The notes: generated from the sequence alone by a model not told the origin. DNA of 64,000 bases from Octopus vulgaris (GCA_951406725.2 OX597836.1:35712001-35776000); one strand, 5' to 3'. Counted from the first letter of the stretch, positions 14,692 to 28,227 are shown. A program made the numbers and translations.

Positions 14692-15073
14692 GATATATAT
14701 ATATATATATATATATAGGTATATACATACATATATACATATATACATACATACATATATACATACTTATATGCATATATACATACATACATATATTCAT
14801 ACGTACATATATAGATACATACATACATACACACATATATACATACATAGATACATATATACATACCGTTATACATACATATATACATATATACAAACAT
14901 AACTATGTACATACATACATATATACATATATACAAACATATATACATACATATATACATACATATATGCATATATATATACATACATATATACATACAT
15001 ACATATATACATACATACGTACACACACATACATACATACATATATATATACATATATATATACATACATACA

Positions 15074-15109
<36 letters not shown>

Positions 15110-15111
15110 TA
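13225..15111. repeat. Large (ATAC)n/(TA)n microsatellite blocks
   Basis: Direct reading; interrupted by unique sequence at ~14160-14600. Confidence 0.9.
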
Positions 15112-15306
15112 TCATCGTGATCACCGTGACCGACCAGGCTATCAGATGTTTGTACACATCGCTGGTCACAATGCGCTTTATATTGTTTTACCCTTCAAAT
15201 TACGCCATCCCACTGGTTAAGCGAGCAGGCCAACAGAAGTAAGAGCGAGGGAAAGTTGTGGCGAAAGAGTACTATTTCTTGAAATTCTATCAGAAAAGTC
15301 CATATA

Positions 15307-15781
15307 GGCGCAGGAGTGGCTGTGTGGTAAGTAGCTTGCTTACCAACCACATGGTTCCGGGTTCAGTCCCACTGCGTGGCATCTTGGGCAAGTGTCTTTT
15401 GCTATAGCCCCGGGCCGACCAATGCCTTGTGAGTGGATTTGGTAGAAGGAAACTGAAAGAAGCCTATCGTATATATGTATATATATATATATATATATAG
15501 TGACGCATATTTGCCATTTGAATATGGCTAACCCATAAGGGTGGATGCTACTGTAGTTTGTAGCCCCAGGAAGATATCTCCTCCAGCTGGCTATAGACAC
15601 ACTATCTGTGTCCTCTCAGTATTTGTGAAGGGGTGTCATCCTCCCCGTCTTCAACTCATGATACACACGTACCGAGTTTCAAGGTGTTTACCTTTCATCA
15701 GCGTGTGACAATCATGGTTCTCGACGAGAAGTCAGATCCCTTCACAAATACATATACTTTTTCCAGTGTCGATTGACACTG

Positions 15782-15840
<59 letters not shown>

Positions 15841-16035
15841 ATATGTTTGTGTGTCTGTGTTTGTCCCCCTAGCATTGCTTGACAACCGATGCTGGTGTGT
15901 TTACGTCCCCGTCACTTAGCGGTTCGGCAAAAGAGACCGATAGAATAAGTACTGGGCTTACAAAGAATAAGTCCCGGGGTCGATCTGCTCGACTAAAGGT
16001 GGTGCTCCAGCATGGCCGCAGTCAAATGACTGACA
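15307..16035 (+). mobile_element. SINE family C (tRNA head, CORE-like segment, internal microsatellite) carrying a nested insertion
   Basis: GGCGCAGGAGTGGCTGTGTGGTAAG...GGTTCAGTCCC...CTTGGGCAAGTGTCTT (CORE-like)...(TA)n...GCTCCAGCATGGCCGCAGTCAAATGACTGA; foreign 15500-15785 segment inside the (TA)n. Confidence 0.85.
15664..15707 (-). ncRNA. Minimal type-I hammerhead ribozyme motif
   Basis: Minus strand CACACG-CTGATGA-AAGGT-AAAC-ACCTT-GAAAC-TCG-GTA-CGTGTG: perfect 6-bp stem I, 5-bp stem II, GUA triplet. Confidence 0.85.
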
Positions 16036-16669
16036 GAAACGTTACTATGCCGGAACAAAATACTCGGCGGCATTTCCTTCGTCTTTCCTTTCTGAGCTCT
16101 AGTTCCTCCGAGTTTGATTTTGCATTTCATTTGTTTGGGGTCGATAAAATAAATACCAGTCATATTCTCTGGTGGATGTAATAGCCTTCCCCCCTCCCCC
16201 CGAAAACTGCTGGCTATGCACCGAGGTTTGAAATCATAATTGCTGAACTGTCGATCAAATCTAATCAAGTACAAAATGTAAAAGCGTACTATGAAATGCG
16301 TACCAGGTCTCTCACTGCTGCCTTTATTACGAATACATTGCTGAATTTTTGTCGTTCTGTCTAACGAGAGGAACATATCAGCAGATATTTATAGGACGTC
16401 AAAACACTACGTAGAGATCTCCTTGTTAGCTCATCTTTCGTGTCTTATACTAGGGAGCATCAATCTAGATTTCCTTTCTGTGAAGGCATAATTCCAAGAG
16501 TCAAGAAGAGACGCACCTATTCGCTGGAAGAAAAATAACACCCAAAATCGTCTTCATATTATTGACTGCCGTCTTTCAAAGTGATTTCAAAGTGCATTTT
16601 AGTTGAATAAAACATCAGGACTTAGTTTTTAAGTCTACTTATTATTCTATCTGTCTCTTTTACCGAACC

Positions 16670-16765
16670 GCTCAATAAACACTCACAACGCCCGGTCTGG
16701 GAATCGAAACCGCGATCCTATGACCGCGAGTCCGCTGCCCTTACCACTGGGCCATTGCGCCTCCA
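16670..16765 (-). mobile_element. SINE family A head only
   Basis: Near-identical to 8523-8615. Confidence 0.8.
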
Positions 16766-17249
16766 CCTTACCATTACTAAAGCTAGTATGAAAATTCAAA
16801 TTTTGGCTTCTATTTGTCAAGGCATAAATGCCTGCTTTTATTTATGTAGTTATATGCTTTGTAAATGCAACACTGTATAACTGCCATTTTCGCTTTTTTG
16901 TGTGTGTTGCTTTGAAAATATTTTGTATTTATGCTATTTCTATGATATTTACGTTGGTGGCAGCGGGGCGTAATCAATGCTGACTATATTGTGAATTCTG
17001 CCTCCCATCGCTCATCGCTACCGCAGAAATTGAAAGCAATTTCGACAAACTAGGCAATGACGCTTTCAAAACCTCAGATATAAAACATCCCAGCTCATTT
17101 GAAAACTGGGAGGACAATGAAAAAATGTCCCCAAAATCAATAAGCAAAATAACCTGAAGGGATTTCTTTCAATAACGACACACGTCGCAAATCAGATTAT
17201 GTCATGGAACTGTTTTTCGACTCGACATTTCACCTCCAAATACAATTGT

Positions 17250-17259
17250 AATAATGATG

Positions 17260-17291
<32 letters not shown>

Positions 17292-17321
17292 GATAATGAT
17301 AATAATAATAATAATAATAAC

Positions 17322-17365
<44 letters not shown>

Positions 17366-17397
17366 TAATAATAGAAATAATGATGATGATGATGATG

Positions 17398-17439
<42 letters not shown>

Positions 17440-17675
17440 GTAATAATAATAAGAAGAAGAAGAATAAGAAGAATAATGATAATAATAGAAATAATGATGA
17501 GGATGATGATGATAATAATAATAATAATAATAATATTAATAGCAATAATAATAGTAATAATAAGAATAAGAATGAAAATAATAGAAATAATGATGCTGAT
17601 GATGATGATGACGACGATGATAATGTTGATGATGATGTTGATGACGACAATGTTGATGATGATGATGATGACGAC

Positions 17676-17712
<37 letters not shown>

Positions 17713-17725
17713 GTGGTGGTGGGGG
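17250..17725. repeat. (AAT)n/(GAT)n compound microsatellite
   Basis: Direct reading. Confidence 0.9.
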
Positions 17726-18479
17726 GATTATGTTCTATGAGTCATCTGGTGTACGTTTATTTGCCTCTAAAACCCCCACATACATTATTCATTTTCGAAC
17801 GATCGAATAGCATTTGTAATCTTTATTCTCTTCCCGTGTGTTGTCTTGGCAAATGTGTACGATCTTTGCAGTGGGTGCGTCAGTCTGTCATTTTGTATTA
17901 AATATCAGATAGCGAAGATATTTCGAAAATGTCTTTTTCTGTAAATAGTTTTTTTGATTTTTACCATTGATGTCCATAAGATATCCCTCTTTGTGATGTA
18001 GTCTAAGCATTACAATTTGTCGAGTTTTGCAAAACTGGGATTGCTATTTAAGCATCTTTTTGCACGGGGTTGTTACTCTAGGTGGTGAGAAGTTTTCTCT
18101 TAGCCATTCATCTCTCACATTTATAGAAAAAAATAGAAGACATTTTTACAAAGTATTTTCTTTACTAGACTACATTCAATAGAAAATGTCGAGGAGACTC
18201 GCTCCACAACAAATGTAAAACATTTTCATACATAACACTCAAACACTGGGAATATTTAACTAAATATACGAAAAAGGAAGAAACAAAGATAGTTTAGTGT
18301 CTAAAGTTCTTTGCACATTTATTTGTAGTTTTACACAACAATAATACTACCAATATAATACTTATATAAGGCAAGTAACTGGTTTGGGTCAAGTAGATAA
18401 TGGAATATATATATATATATATATATATAAATATATATAAAACATTATATATATATATATATAAGTAAGCTTATACAAC

Positions 18480-18535
<56 letters not shown>

Positions 18536-18549
18536 GTATATATGTATAT

Positions 18550-18735
18550 AGGGAGAGTTTACGAAAGAAACAAAAGACGAAGACAGGTGGTGTACAAAAC
18601 AAACAGATGTATTAGTAAGACGCTCAGGAATAAAAAAAACTCTTTTACGTTTCGAGCCTACGCTCTTCTACGGAAAGGGACACAGAAAAAAGAAAGGAGA
18701 GAAAAAGGAGAGATAAATGTGTGTTGTGGCTAACG

Positions 18736-18740
<5 letters not shown>
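18550..18740 (-). mobile_element. Microsatellite-flanked repeat with a hammerhead-like motif (probable PLE end)
   Basis: Related copies at 49420-49582 and 51185-51307; minus strand CTTT-CCGTAGA-A-GAGC-GTAG-GCTC-GAAAC-GTA-AAAG. Confidence 0.55.
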
Positions 18741-18809
<69 letters not shown>

Positions 18810-18888
18810 ATACAATTGAGGGTAAAATTAGTTCAGTATGTGGCAAAGTAATTTATTTTACTAAGCCCTAATTATATAATGTAATATT

Positions 18889-18939
<51 letters not shown>

Positions 18940-19578
18940 AAGCAGCTAGCTTACCAACTGCATGATTCGGGGTTCAGTCGCACTGCGTGGCACCTTCGGC
19001 AAATGTCTTCTACGATAGCCCAATGCCTTGTGAGTGCATTTGGTTGACGGAGACTGAAAGAAGCCCGTCTTATATATGTATATATACATTTATGTGTGTG
19101 CATATGTTTGTGTGTCTGTGTTTGTCTCCCCAACATCGCTTGACAACCGATTCTGGTGTATTTACGTCCCCGTCACTTAGCGCTTAGGCAGGAGAGAGAG
19201 TGAGAGAGAACGAAAAAGAGAGAGAGAATGAATAAAGCCCGAGAAAGAGAGAATCACATTTATTTAATAGGTCTGTTTGCGTCACCAAAAGGATTTTTCT
19301 AACAGTCTGTTCCACGTTGGAGAAAATAATTCATACAAGATCTCGGTAAATATGTGAAGAAACATATATTTAAATATACCATACAGTAATATCATTTATA
19401 TCAGTAGATAATGAAATAAAGACTTAATTAAAATTATTCCAGACACGAATAATTGTTTCCTGCGTTTATGGCATTTATGTGAGTAAGTGAGAAAATATTA
19501 ATCACGATCTACGTTTATGAAGAAGCAAGTAGCTGAGTGGTTAAACAAGAGAACTTTCAATCGCAGTCTCATATTCAA

Positions 19579-19801
19579 CCCTTTAGTATTTAAACTGGCC
19601 ATATCCGGCCAAAATATTTAATCTGTTTTATATTCAAACTGACCAGATCCAGGCTCTCACACCTACCTTACAATGTTATTCTACATTAAGTAATTACACC
19701 ATCAAGATCTTGAAGATATGAGATAATGCATGATTAATTAAAATCAATGGGAATCAATCAATAAGCATTATGTTTGATGGAATAATCTGAACTCTAAAGG
19801 G
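19579..19801. mobile_element. piggyBac-like MITE
   Basis: TIRs CCCTTTAG...CTAAAGGG; flanked by TCAA (mutated TTAA) and TTAA. Confidence 0.6.
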
Positions 19802-20267
19802 TTAAAGACGCTTCCTTGGCCAAGACGCTTTACTTTATGTTGCTGCAGTTACCTTAACCTCTTCACCCCCATCCAAAAAAAAAATTATAATTAAGAAAAA
19901 GCAAAACGAAATCAGCAATGATCCTGACAATGCAGCGTTAATGAAAAAGTGGGATCTCCAAAATACTTCGGGCATAAAGGGGCCTACATCCGGTTAGGAC
20001 TGCTATGAGTTACCTACAATTTATTACTTTTTTACCGCTTTACTTGTTTCAGTTATAGACTATGGCCATGCTTCAGCACCACCTCGCAAAGTTTTAGTAG
20101 AAGAAATCGACCCCAGGGGTTATTCTTTATAAACCTAGTACTTATTCTAGCGGTATTTTTGCCGAACCACTAAGCGACGGGGACATAAACACAACGGTAT
20201 CGGTTGCCAAGCGATGGTGGGGAAGATAAATACATACACACACGCATTAATATATACATGCATATTT

Positions 20268-21090
20268 AAGCGCAGGAGTGGATGTGCGGTAAGTAGCTTG
20301 CTTACCAACAACATGGTTCCGGGTTCAGTCCCGCTGCGTGGCACCTTGGGCAAGTGTCTTCTGCTATAACATCGGGTCGACCAAAGCCTTTTGAGTGGAT
20401 TTGGTAGACGGAAACTGAAAGAAGCCCGTCGTATATATGTATATATGTATGTGTGTGTGTGTGTGTGTGCATGCTTGTGTGTCTGTGTTTGTCCCGCAAC
20501 ATCGCTTGATAACCGATGCTGGTGTGTTCACGTCCCTGTAACTTAGTGGTTCGGCAAAAGCCACCGATAGAATAAGTACTAGGCTTATAAAGAATAAGTC
20601 CTGTTGTCGGTTTCCTCGACGTAAAGCGGTGCTCCAGCATGGCCACAGTCAAATGGCTGAAATAAGTAAAAGAGTAAAAGAGTAAACATCAATGGCCTAG
20701 TGGTTAAGGCAGCGGACTTGCGGTCGGAGGATCGCGGTTTCGATTCCCAGACCGGGCGTTGTGTGTGTTTATTGAGCGAAAAAAACACCTAAAAGCTCCA
20801 CGAGGCTCCGGCAGGAGGTGGTGATCCCTGCTGTACTCTTTCACCACTCTAAAGGCGGTGCTCCAGCATGGCCGCAGTCAAATGACTGAAACAAGTACAA
20901 AAAAAAAAAAAAAAAAATTAATATACGACGGGCTTCTTTCAGTTTCCGTCTACCAAATCCACTCGCAAGACTTTGCTCGGACCAAGGCTTTAGTTGAAGA
21001 CACCTACCTAAAGTATCACGCAGTGGGACTGAACCCGAAACCAGATGTTTGGGAAGCAAGCTTCCTACCACACAGCTACACCTACGCCTA
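20268..21090. mobile_element. SINE cluster (family C plus, family A partial plus, family C pieces)
   Basis: Full family C at 20268-20680, family A head at 20690-20850, family C tail and inverted family C head at 20850-21090. Confidence 0.8.
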
Positions 21091-21342
21091 TGTATTTCTT
21101 GTTTACATCTAAATACTAAAGCTAAGCCCAGTGATATCACTTAAACAATGAAACGATATAACTGAAAGTCAAGGCAAACCATGTGTTATTTCTCTAAAGA
21201 ACGGAATGGGCTTTAAGTAGATTATATTAATTTTTCAATTGTACGAAACGATCGTAAATTATCAACATTTCTAACAGTCCGCCTTCTGGTGCAAGGGATT
21301 AAATATTTTCCATATTTCTTGTAAAATACTCAAATAAATGTG

Positions 21343-21890
21343 AAGGCGCATGGCTTAGTGAGGGCATACGGCTCCTGGTCGTATCATGATTTCAATTCGA
21401 GGGGATGCGTTGTATCCTTGAGCAAGACACTTTATTTCACGTTTCTCCAGTCCACGCAGCTTGCATAAATGATCAGTACCTGTATTTCAAAGGGCCAGCC
21501 TGGTCACCCCCTGTTTCACGCTGAATCTCTGTGAGAAGTACGTTAAGAGTACACTTGTCTGTGGAATGCTCAGCCACTTGCACGTTAATTTCACGAGCAG
21601 GCTGTTCCGTTGATAGGCGGCGAAGTGGCAGAAACGTTAGCACGCCGGGCGAAATGCTTAGCAATATTTCGTTTGCCGTTACGTTCTGAGTTCAAATTCC
21701 GCCGAAGTTGACTTTGCCTTTCATCCTATCGGGGTCGATAAATTAAGTACCAGTCACGCACTGGGGTCGATATAATCGACTTAATCCGTTTGTCTGTCCT
21801 TTTTTGTCCTCTCTGTGTTTAGCCCCTTGTGGAGGGTAAAGAAATAGGATCAACTAGAATACACGTTGTCGTAACCGACGGAGAGCCGGT
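21343..21890 (+). mobile_element. SINE family A variant with a family B SINE nested at 21616-21850
   Basis: Family A tail CCGTTGAT...GATCAAC...GTCGTAACCGACGGAG is split by a complete B monomer. Confidence 0.8.
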
Positions 21891-23169
21891 TAAAAGTTCT
21901 AGCTGTGGTTGTTGTAGCAGTGATGTTTATTAGTTTTGCTGCAGAAGCTTTGGTCATGGCCAAGATCCACCTCAGCGCTGATAGAGAAAACCAATGAAGA
22001 AAATAACCTTGGCGTGACTATCCTACCTTGCTTTCAAATATAGTTGTATATGTCTCCAAAACCACTTTATTTCAAGTGTCATTCAGGCGGTGTACTAAGA
22101 GAGTCGTTAGCACACCGGACGTAGCATTTTATCAGTTTTTTACGTTCTGAACTCAAATTCCTCCGAAATCGATTTGCTTGAATACTTACGGGGATCCTAT
22201 ATTAAGTATCACTTGGACAATGGGGTTGATACGTAGCACTCACTCCTTGTCCTAAAATTGCCGGCCTTGTGGAAAAATTTAAAACCATTTTTGTTTGCAA
22301 GTGTCGTTAAACATATGTATATATTAGTTGAAGACACCTACCCAAAGTATCACACTGTGGGACTGAACCTGGAACCAGATGTTTGGGAAGCAAGCTTCCT
22401 ACCACAGAGCTACAAATAAAATATAAATATATGCATTGATACATATAAAACCACATAACCACATACATATACATACACATTCCCATATCTATAGATATGT
22501 ATGTACATGCACATACACACGCACACATTCTCACACGCTCACACATACACAATACATATGCAGGCACAGATATTTGTTAGATGTCGCCAAGAATATTTTG
22601 GCTAAATTCAACCTGCCATGATTTCCTTGCCTAATTATACACTTAATTGGATTTCAATGGATTTCAATTAATTATATTGTGAGGTATTTTTTCGGATTTT
22701 CAGCATAACTGATTTTCCTTAAATTACATAAATACCTCTTGTTATACATAAAAGCATTGTAATCTATTGTTACATCCCAGTGAAAATTTTACTAATTTAC
22801 ACTTTACCTTTATGCACCCATCCAGATCTATAAAGATAATTATCTGTCAAGTACAGGTAACAACATTAGCAAATGGTTCTTCTGTTCCCCAAATGTCTTT
22901 ACACCGTTGTTCAACGTCGATGGCGCAAAAGAACACATAATTCATCTTAAAAATAATTCCTTTCAGTCATACGTTATACTTCCACTGAGTTTAAATACTG
23001 CCGAGGCCCACGTTGCTTTCTATACAATAAACTATCAAGTGGATATTGATGAAAATCCGTTTCGTTAGGCCTAAATTCGAGTTGAGCACAATTTGAAATT
23101 CATTGTTATACTATCGCAAGAGGCACAAGAGTGGTTGTGTGGTAAGTAGTTTGCTTACCAACCACATAG

Positions 23170-23463
23170 ATGAAAGGCAAAGTCGACCTTGGCGGAATTT
23201 GAACTCAGAATGTAGAGGCAGACGAAATACCTATTTCTTTATTACCCACAAGGGGCTAAACACAGAAGGGACAAACAAGGACAGACATATGTATTAAGTC
23301 GATTACATCGACCCCAGTGCGTAACTGGTACTTAATTTATCGACCCCGAAAGGATGAAAGGCAAAGTCGACCTCGGCGGAATTTGAACTCACAACGTAAC
23401 GGCAGACGAAATACCGCTAAGCATTTCGCCCGGCTTGCTAACGATTGTGTCAGTTCGCCACCT
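23170..23463 (-). mobile_element. SINE family B dimer (partial)
   Basis: Same tandem junction as the other B multimers. Confidence 0.8.
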
Positions 23464-24192
23464 TTCGGCTACTGTACCAATTGCCTTTTTATTCAATCTC
23501 AACCGTTGTTGCTTTTAAATCCCAGGTCAGCGTTGGTTGTTGTTTTTTTTTATCTCTGTTCAAAGGCATTCTCGTTGTGAATATCTTATCTTTACGGTTG
23601 GTTTATTGTGGAGTGCGTTCTGTAATATTTCATGCTCTTTTAAAATGGAAACAGCGAGATCTAAAAGGTAAGATTATTTCTCGGGGGTTTAAGAATGGTA
23701 CAAACAATATGCATGTTAGTCCACATCTCTTTCTCTATTCCCTCCTCTATCTTTCTCACTCACGTTTCGATTTTAAATATGATTTAAATATTTCTTTCAC
23801 ATTCTAAGCGCATCCAAGGACTAGAGTTCAACTCGGTGTTACTATGGTGAAAATTAACTCTTATATGGAGACAGAGTGGACTGCACATGTAAAACCACAT
23901 TCCGAGCTTGATCCTATTGCTAAGTATTTTAGGCCAGGTCCTCCTGCGTTTAAATCCACTCTTGAATGCTAAATAGGATAGACAGTTTGCAGAATGTATC
24001 TATCTACCTACCTACCTACCTAGCTACCTACAACTCCATCTATCTCTCTTTCTATCTATTCTCTATTTATCTACATATCTCTCAATGCATTATTTTATGC
24101 TATATTTTGTGTAAATTCTCGTCGTTCAGAAACTGCCCTAAAATGTATGTGGATCTGCTACAAAATGAGAATGTGATGAATGTATATGTATA

Positions 24193-25459
24193 CGAGGGGC
24201 GTTCAATAAGTAATGCCACTGACCCACTTGCAGCTGTTTGATCTAGCTGAAATTTTGCATGTGCACTTATTTATACCTCTATAGATTAAGTGGCGAATTA
24301 CAGCTCAGAACGAATTGTGGTTTCTGATTTACAGGTGTTTGAAATGAGTCAAGTGGGAAATGGATCCTGTTGAGTGTCGAGCAGTGATCTGGTTTTTGTA
24401 TTTGAAAGGACGCACACCACGGGAGACTTTTGATGAAATGAAAGTAACTTATGGTGATGATGCCCCATCATATGACCTTGTAAAACGCTGGCATCGTGAA
24501 TTCAAACATGGTCGGAACTCTGTGGAAACAGCTCCCAGATCTGGTCGCCCCATTTTGCCATTGATGAGACGTCTGTCCGTCAAGTTGAGGCTGCCATTTT
24601 GGAAGGTCAACGCATAACTATTCGCCAAATAGCCCATAAGGTCAAGATTAGTACCGGGTCTGTGGAAACTATCATTCATGACCATTTGCATATGCAAAAG
24701 GTGTCTGCCAGATGGATTTCCAGGCTGCTCACACCTTTCCAGAAGCAAGAACGCGTTGAGTGCTCGAGGATGAATTTGGAGATGTGCCAAGATGAGTCAA
24801 CATTTTTCAAAAGACTGATCACACAGGATAAAACCTGGGTCCATCACTATGATCCATAGACCAAAGCCCAGTCAATGCAGTGAAAGCACCGTGACTCACC
24901 TCCTCCAAAGAAGGCAAGGGTGCAGCCCTCCGCTGACAAGGTTATGCTCACAGTCTTCTGGGACCAGGACGGAGTAGTGATGACAGATTTCCTGGCAAAG
25001 CGTACCACAATTACAGGAGCCTATTATGCTTCACGTTTGAGGAAATTAAGAGAAGCTATCAAAATCAAGAGGCAGGGCAAGATCAGCAAAGGCATCCTCC
25101 TCCTGCAGGACAACGCTCCGGTCTACAACTCGCGTGTCGCCAGATCAGAAGCACAGGCGTGCAGCTATGAACTCCTCCCCTTGCACCCTCTGATTTTCAC
25201 CTCTTCCCAGCCATGAAGTTGATTTTGAAAGGAAAGCGTTTCCCAGATGATGCAGCCTTGATTTCTGAAGTCACGTCGTGGTTGGAGGACAAATCTGGGG
25301 TCTTCTACAAATACGGTCTCCGGAGCTGTATCAAACGATGGGAGAAATGCATAACTCTGGGTAGTTCCTATGTAGGAAAAGACAAATAACTGTGCCAAGT
25401 GTCGTTGCTCTACTGCTATGGGAAGTGGGTCAGGGGCATTACTTATTGAACGCCCCTCG
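24193..25459 (+). mobile_element. Full-length mariner (Tc1/mariner) transposon, irritans-like, with an inactivated transposase
   Basis: 36-bp TIRs CGAGGGGCGTTCAATAAGTAATGCC(A/C)CTGACCCACT with 1 mismatch; TA TSDs; transposase 24360-25390 has WISRLLT, TQDKTWVHHYDP, QDNAP and LAPSDFHLFP motifs plus frameshifts, stops and loss of the HPPYSPD segment. Confidence 0.95.
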
Positions 25460-25584
25460 TATATATATATATATAAGGGAGCTTTTAAGTGTTTTCGCTC
25501 AATAAATACAACTCCCGGTCTGGGAATCGAAACCGCAATTCTACGACCACGAGTTCGCTGCCCTAAACACTGGGTCATTTCGCT

Positions 25585-25628
<44 letters not shown>

Positions 25629-25630
25629 AT

Positions 25631-26366
25631 TTCAACAATTGAGGGTAAAATTAATTAATTATTAATCAATTTCACCAAGTGTTCAGTATGCAAAGGGACC
25701 ATTCAAGGCGAATTCAAATTATTACATTATATAAAAGGGCTTAGTAAAATAAATTACTTTGCCGCATACTGAACTCATTAGAAATAGCAGCTAAAAAACT
25801 TTTTTAAAGCTATTTCTAATACTTAAAGAAAATCTCTCTCATATAGTGTTTGAATGACTCAACTCACAAAAGTTTGGGGGTAAGGACATCAAAAAATCAA
25901 ATGCAAAGGTTATTTGAGAACGTACGTTTCAAGATTAGTCAAAACGACACTTCTATCATCAGCTCAGAAACTCCTTAGTTTGGATTTGAAAACACTGAAA
26001 GTAAGAACATACCCTTTCGAAGATCTGCTCGTAACTAGTTACGAGCAGATCTTCGAAGAGTATCTGCTCGTAACTAGTTACGAGCAGATCTTCGAAAGGG
26101 TATGTTCTTACTTTCAGTGTTTTCAAATCCAAACTAAGGAGTTTCTGAGCTGATGATAGAAGTGTCGTTTTGACTAATCTTGAAACGTACGTTCTCAAAT
26201 AACCTTTGCATTTGATTTTTTGATGTCCTTACCCCAAACTTTTGTGAGTTGAGTCATTCAAACACTATATGAGAGAGATTTTCTTTAAGTATTAGAAATA
26301 GCTTTAAAAAAGTTTTTTAGCTGCTATTTCTAATGAGTTCAGTATGCGGCAAAGTAATTTATTTTA
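25631..26366. mobile_element. Fold-back element: ~620-bp palindrome plus a ~115-bp unique tail, between (TA)n tracts
   Basis: Arms 25745-~26055 and ~26057-26366 are reverse complements apart from small indels; each arm carries a hammerhead motif. Confidence 0.85.
26146..26197 (+). ncRNA. Minimal hammerhead motif (mirror copy at 25915-25966, minus strand)
   Basis: TGAG-CTGATGA-(weak stem II, AGA/TCT and GTC/GAC)-GAAAC-GTAC-GTT-CTCA; palindromic GTAC loop. Confidence 0.7.
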
Positions 26367-26473
<107 letters not shown>

Positions 26474-26484
26474 ATATATACATA

Positions 26485-26546
<62 letters not shown>

Positions 26547-26942
26547 GTCATGTAAGTCATCCTTATTCTGTGTCTTTTTATAATTTCATGAATATATATA
26601 TATAATAACAAATTAATAAATAAAACACATGCGAAACACGGAGTAGTCGAAGCAGGGGAAGCTGAAGAAGGGGAAAATTCCTTGTGTTGTATGTCTTGTA
26701 CTCTGTTTTTTCGTTGTTTGAAAAAGTCCGTTTCCATGGTCTTGTTTTTATGTTTTCGATTCTCGTTGTGTTCTACGTTTTCTGGTGTCCTGTATCCATA
26801 TATGCATGTATATATACATATAAATGTAGGTATGTACATATATGTATGCATGTATGCATATGTGTTATTTATTAATTTGCTATTATATGATCGAACCCCA
26901 CGCATCCACTTCCAAGTAAGTTTTATCTATCTATCTATCTAT

Positions 26943-27025
<83 letters not shown>

Positions 27026-27033
<8 letters not shown>

Positions 27034-27316
27034 TATATTATATTAGAGATAAAATCACTATTAGGCAAATCATACAATGAAAAACTTAAAATTATTAAAA
27101 AAAGATAATTTTTTAAAATAATTTTGATATATATTTAAAATAATATAAATTAATTAATCTTATGTATTGGCTTAAGTTTTTCATAGTATGATTTGCCTAA
27201 TAGTGGTTTTATCTCTAATTTAATATAATATAATATTTTACTATAAAATTGGATTCAATCCTAAATCTGATTTTTCCCTGTAAGTTTGGATTTATTCCCT
27301 AATATTTTATTATTAA
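27026..27316. mobile_element. Short AT-rich fold-back element between (TA)n tracts
   Basis: ~60-bp inverted arms 27026-27089 and 27172-27236, followed by an ~80-bp unique tail. Confidence 0.6.
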
Positions 27317-28151
27317 TATATATATATATATATATATATAATTGATGTTTTATTCCATAAAAAAACATATCCAGACCTGGTATAATTTTTTACACTCGTC
27401 GAGACAGTCTCCCCAAAAACTTTTATCTCTAATGTAGATATTTTTTGTCAAATATTTCTTTATTGCTTCGCAGTGGTAGACTTGTGGTCAACTTCATGTG
27501 AAATACACCATAAGAATTTTTTTCGAAATTCCATCTTCTATTTTCTTTTAGATAATAGCAAGTTTTATGTTTGTCTTGTTTTCTCTCGTCCGATAGCTAT
27601 TCATAACATACGTTTCATCATTTTTTTTCTCTCTCGTAGAATCCCTCTCCCAATAAATCAGGGAAATGCTTTTTTTTTTTATATAAATTACGAATTATTT
27701 ACTTTTCTGTTGAAAACTAATTCCATCTAAATCAAACACCACTGTCATAATGTATGTATGTATGTATGTATGTATGTATGTGTGTATGTACGTACGTATG
27801 TATGTGTGTATGTTGTGTGTGTATGCATGTATGTATGTATGTACGTATGTATGTATGTATGTTATGTGTGTATGTATATATGTATGTGTGTACGTACAAA
27901 CGTACGTATGTATGTGTTTATGTATGTACGAATGTATGATTGTATGCATGCATGCATGCATGTATGTATGAATGAATGTATGAATGCATGTATGAATGTA
28001 TGTATGTATGTGTGTATGTATGTATGTATGTATCTATCTATCTATCCATCTATCTATGCACGCATACATAAGTATGTATAATATATATATGTATATATAT
28101 ATATATATATAAATATATATACACACACATATATATGTATATAAACACACA

Positions 28152-28227
<76 letters not shown>

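Noticed and set aside
16990-17160. Short open frames on both strands, possible host exon
   Set aside because: No recognisable domain or convincing splice-site pair
25914-26198. Twin 79-aa ORFs on opposite strands
   Set aside because: A by-product of the palindrome
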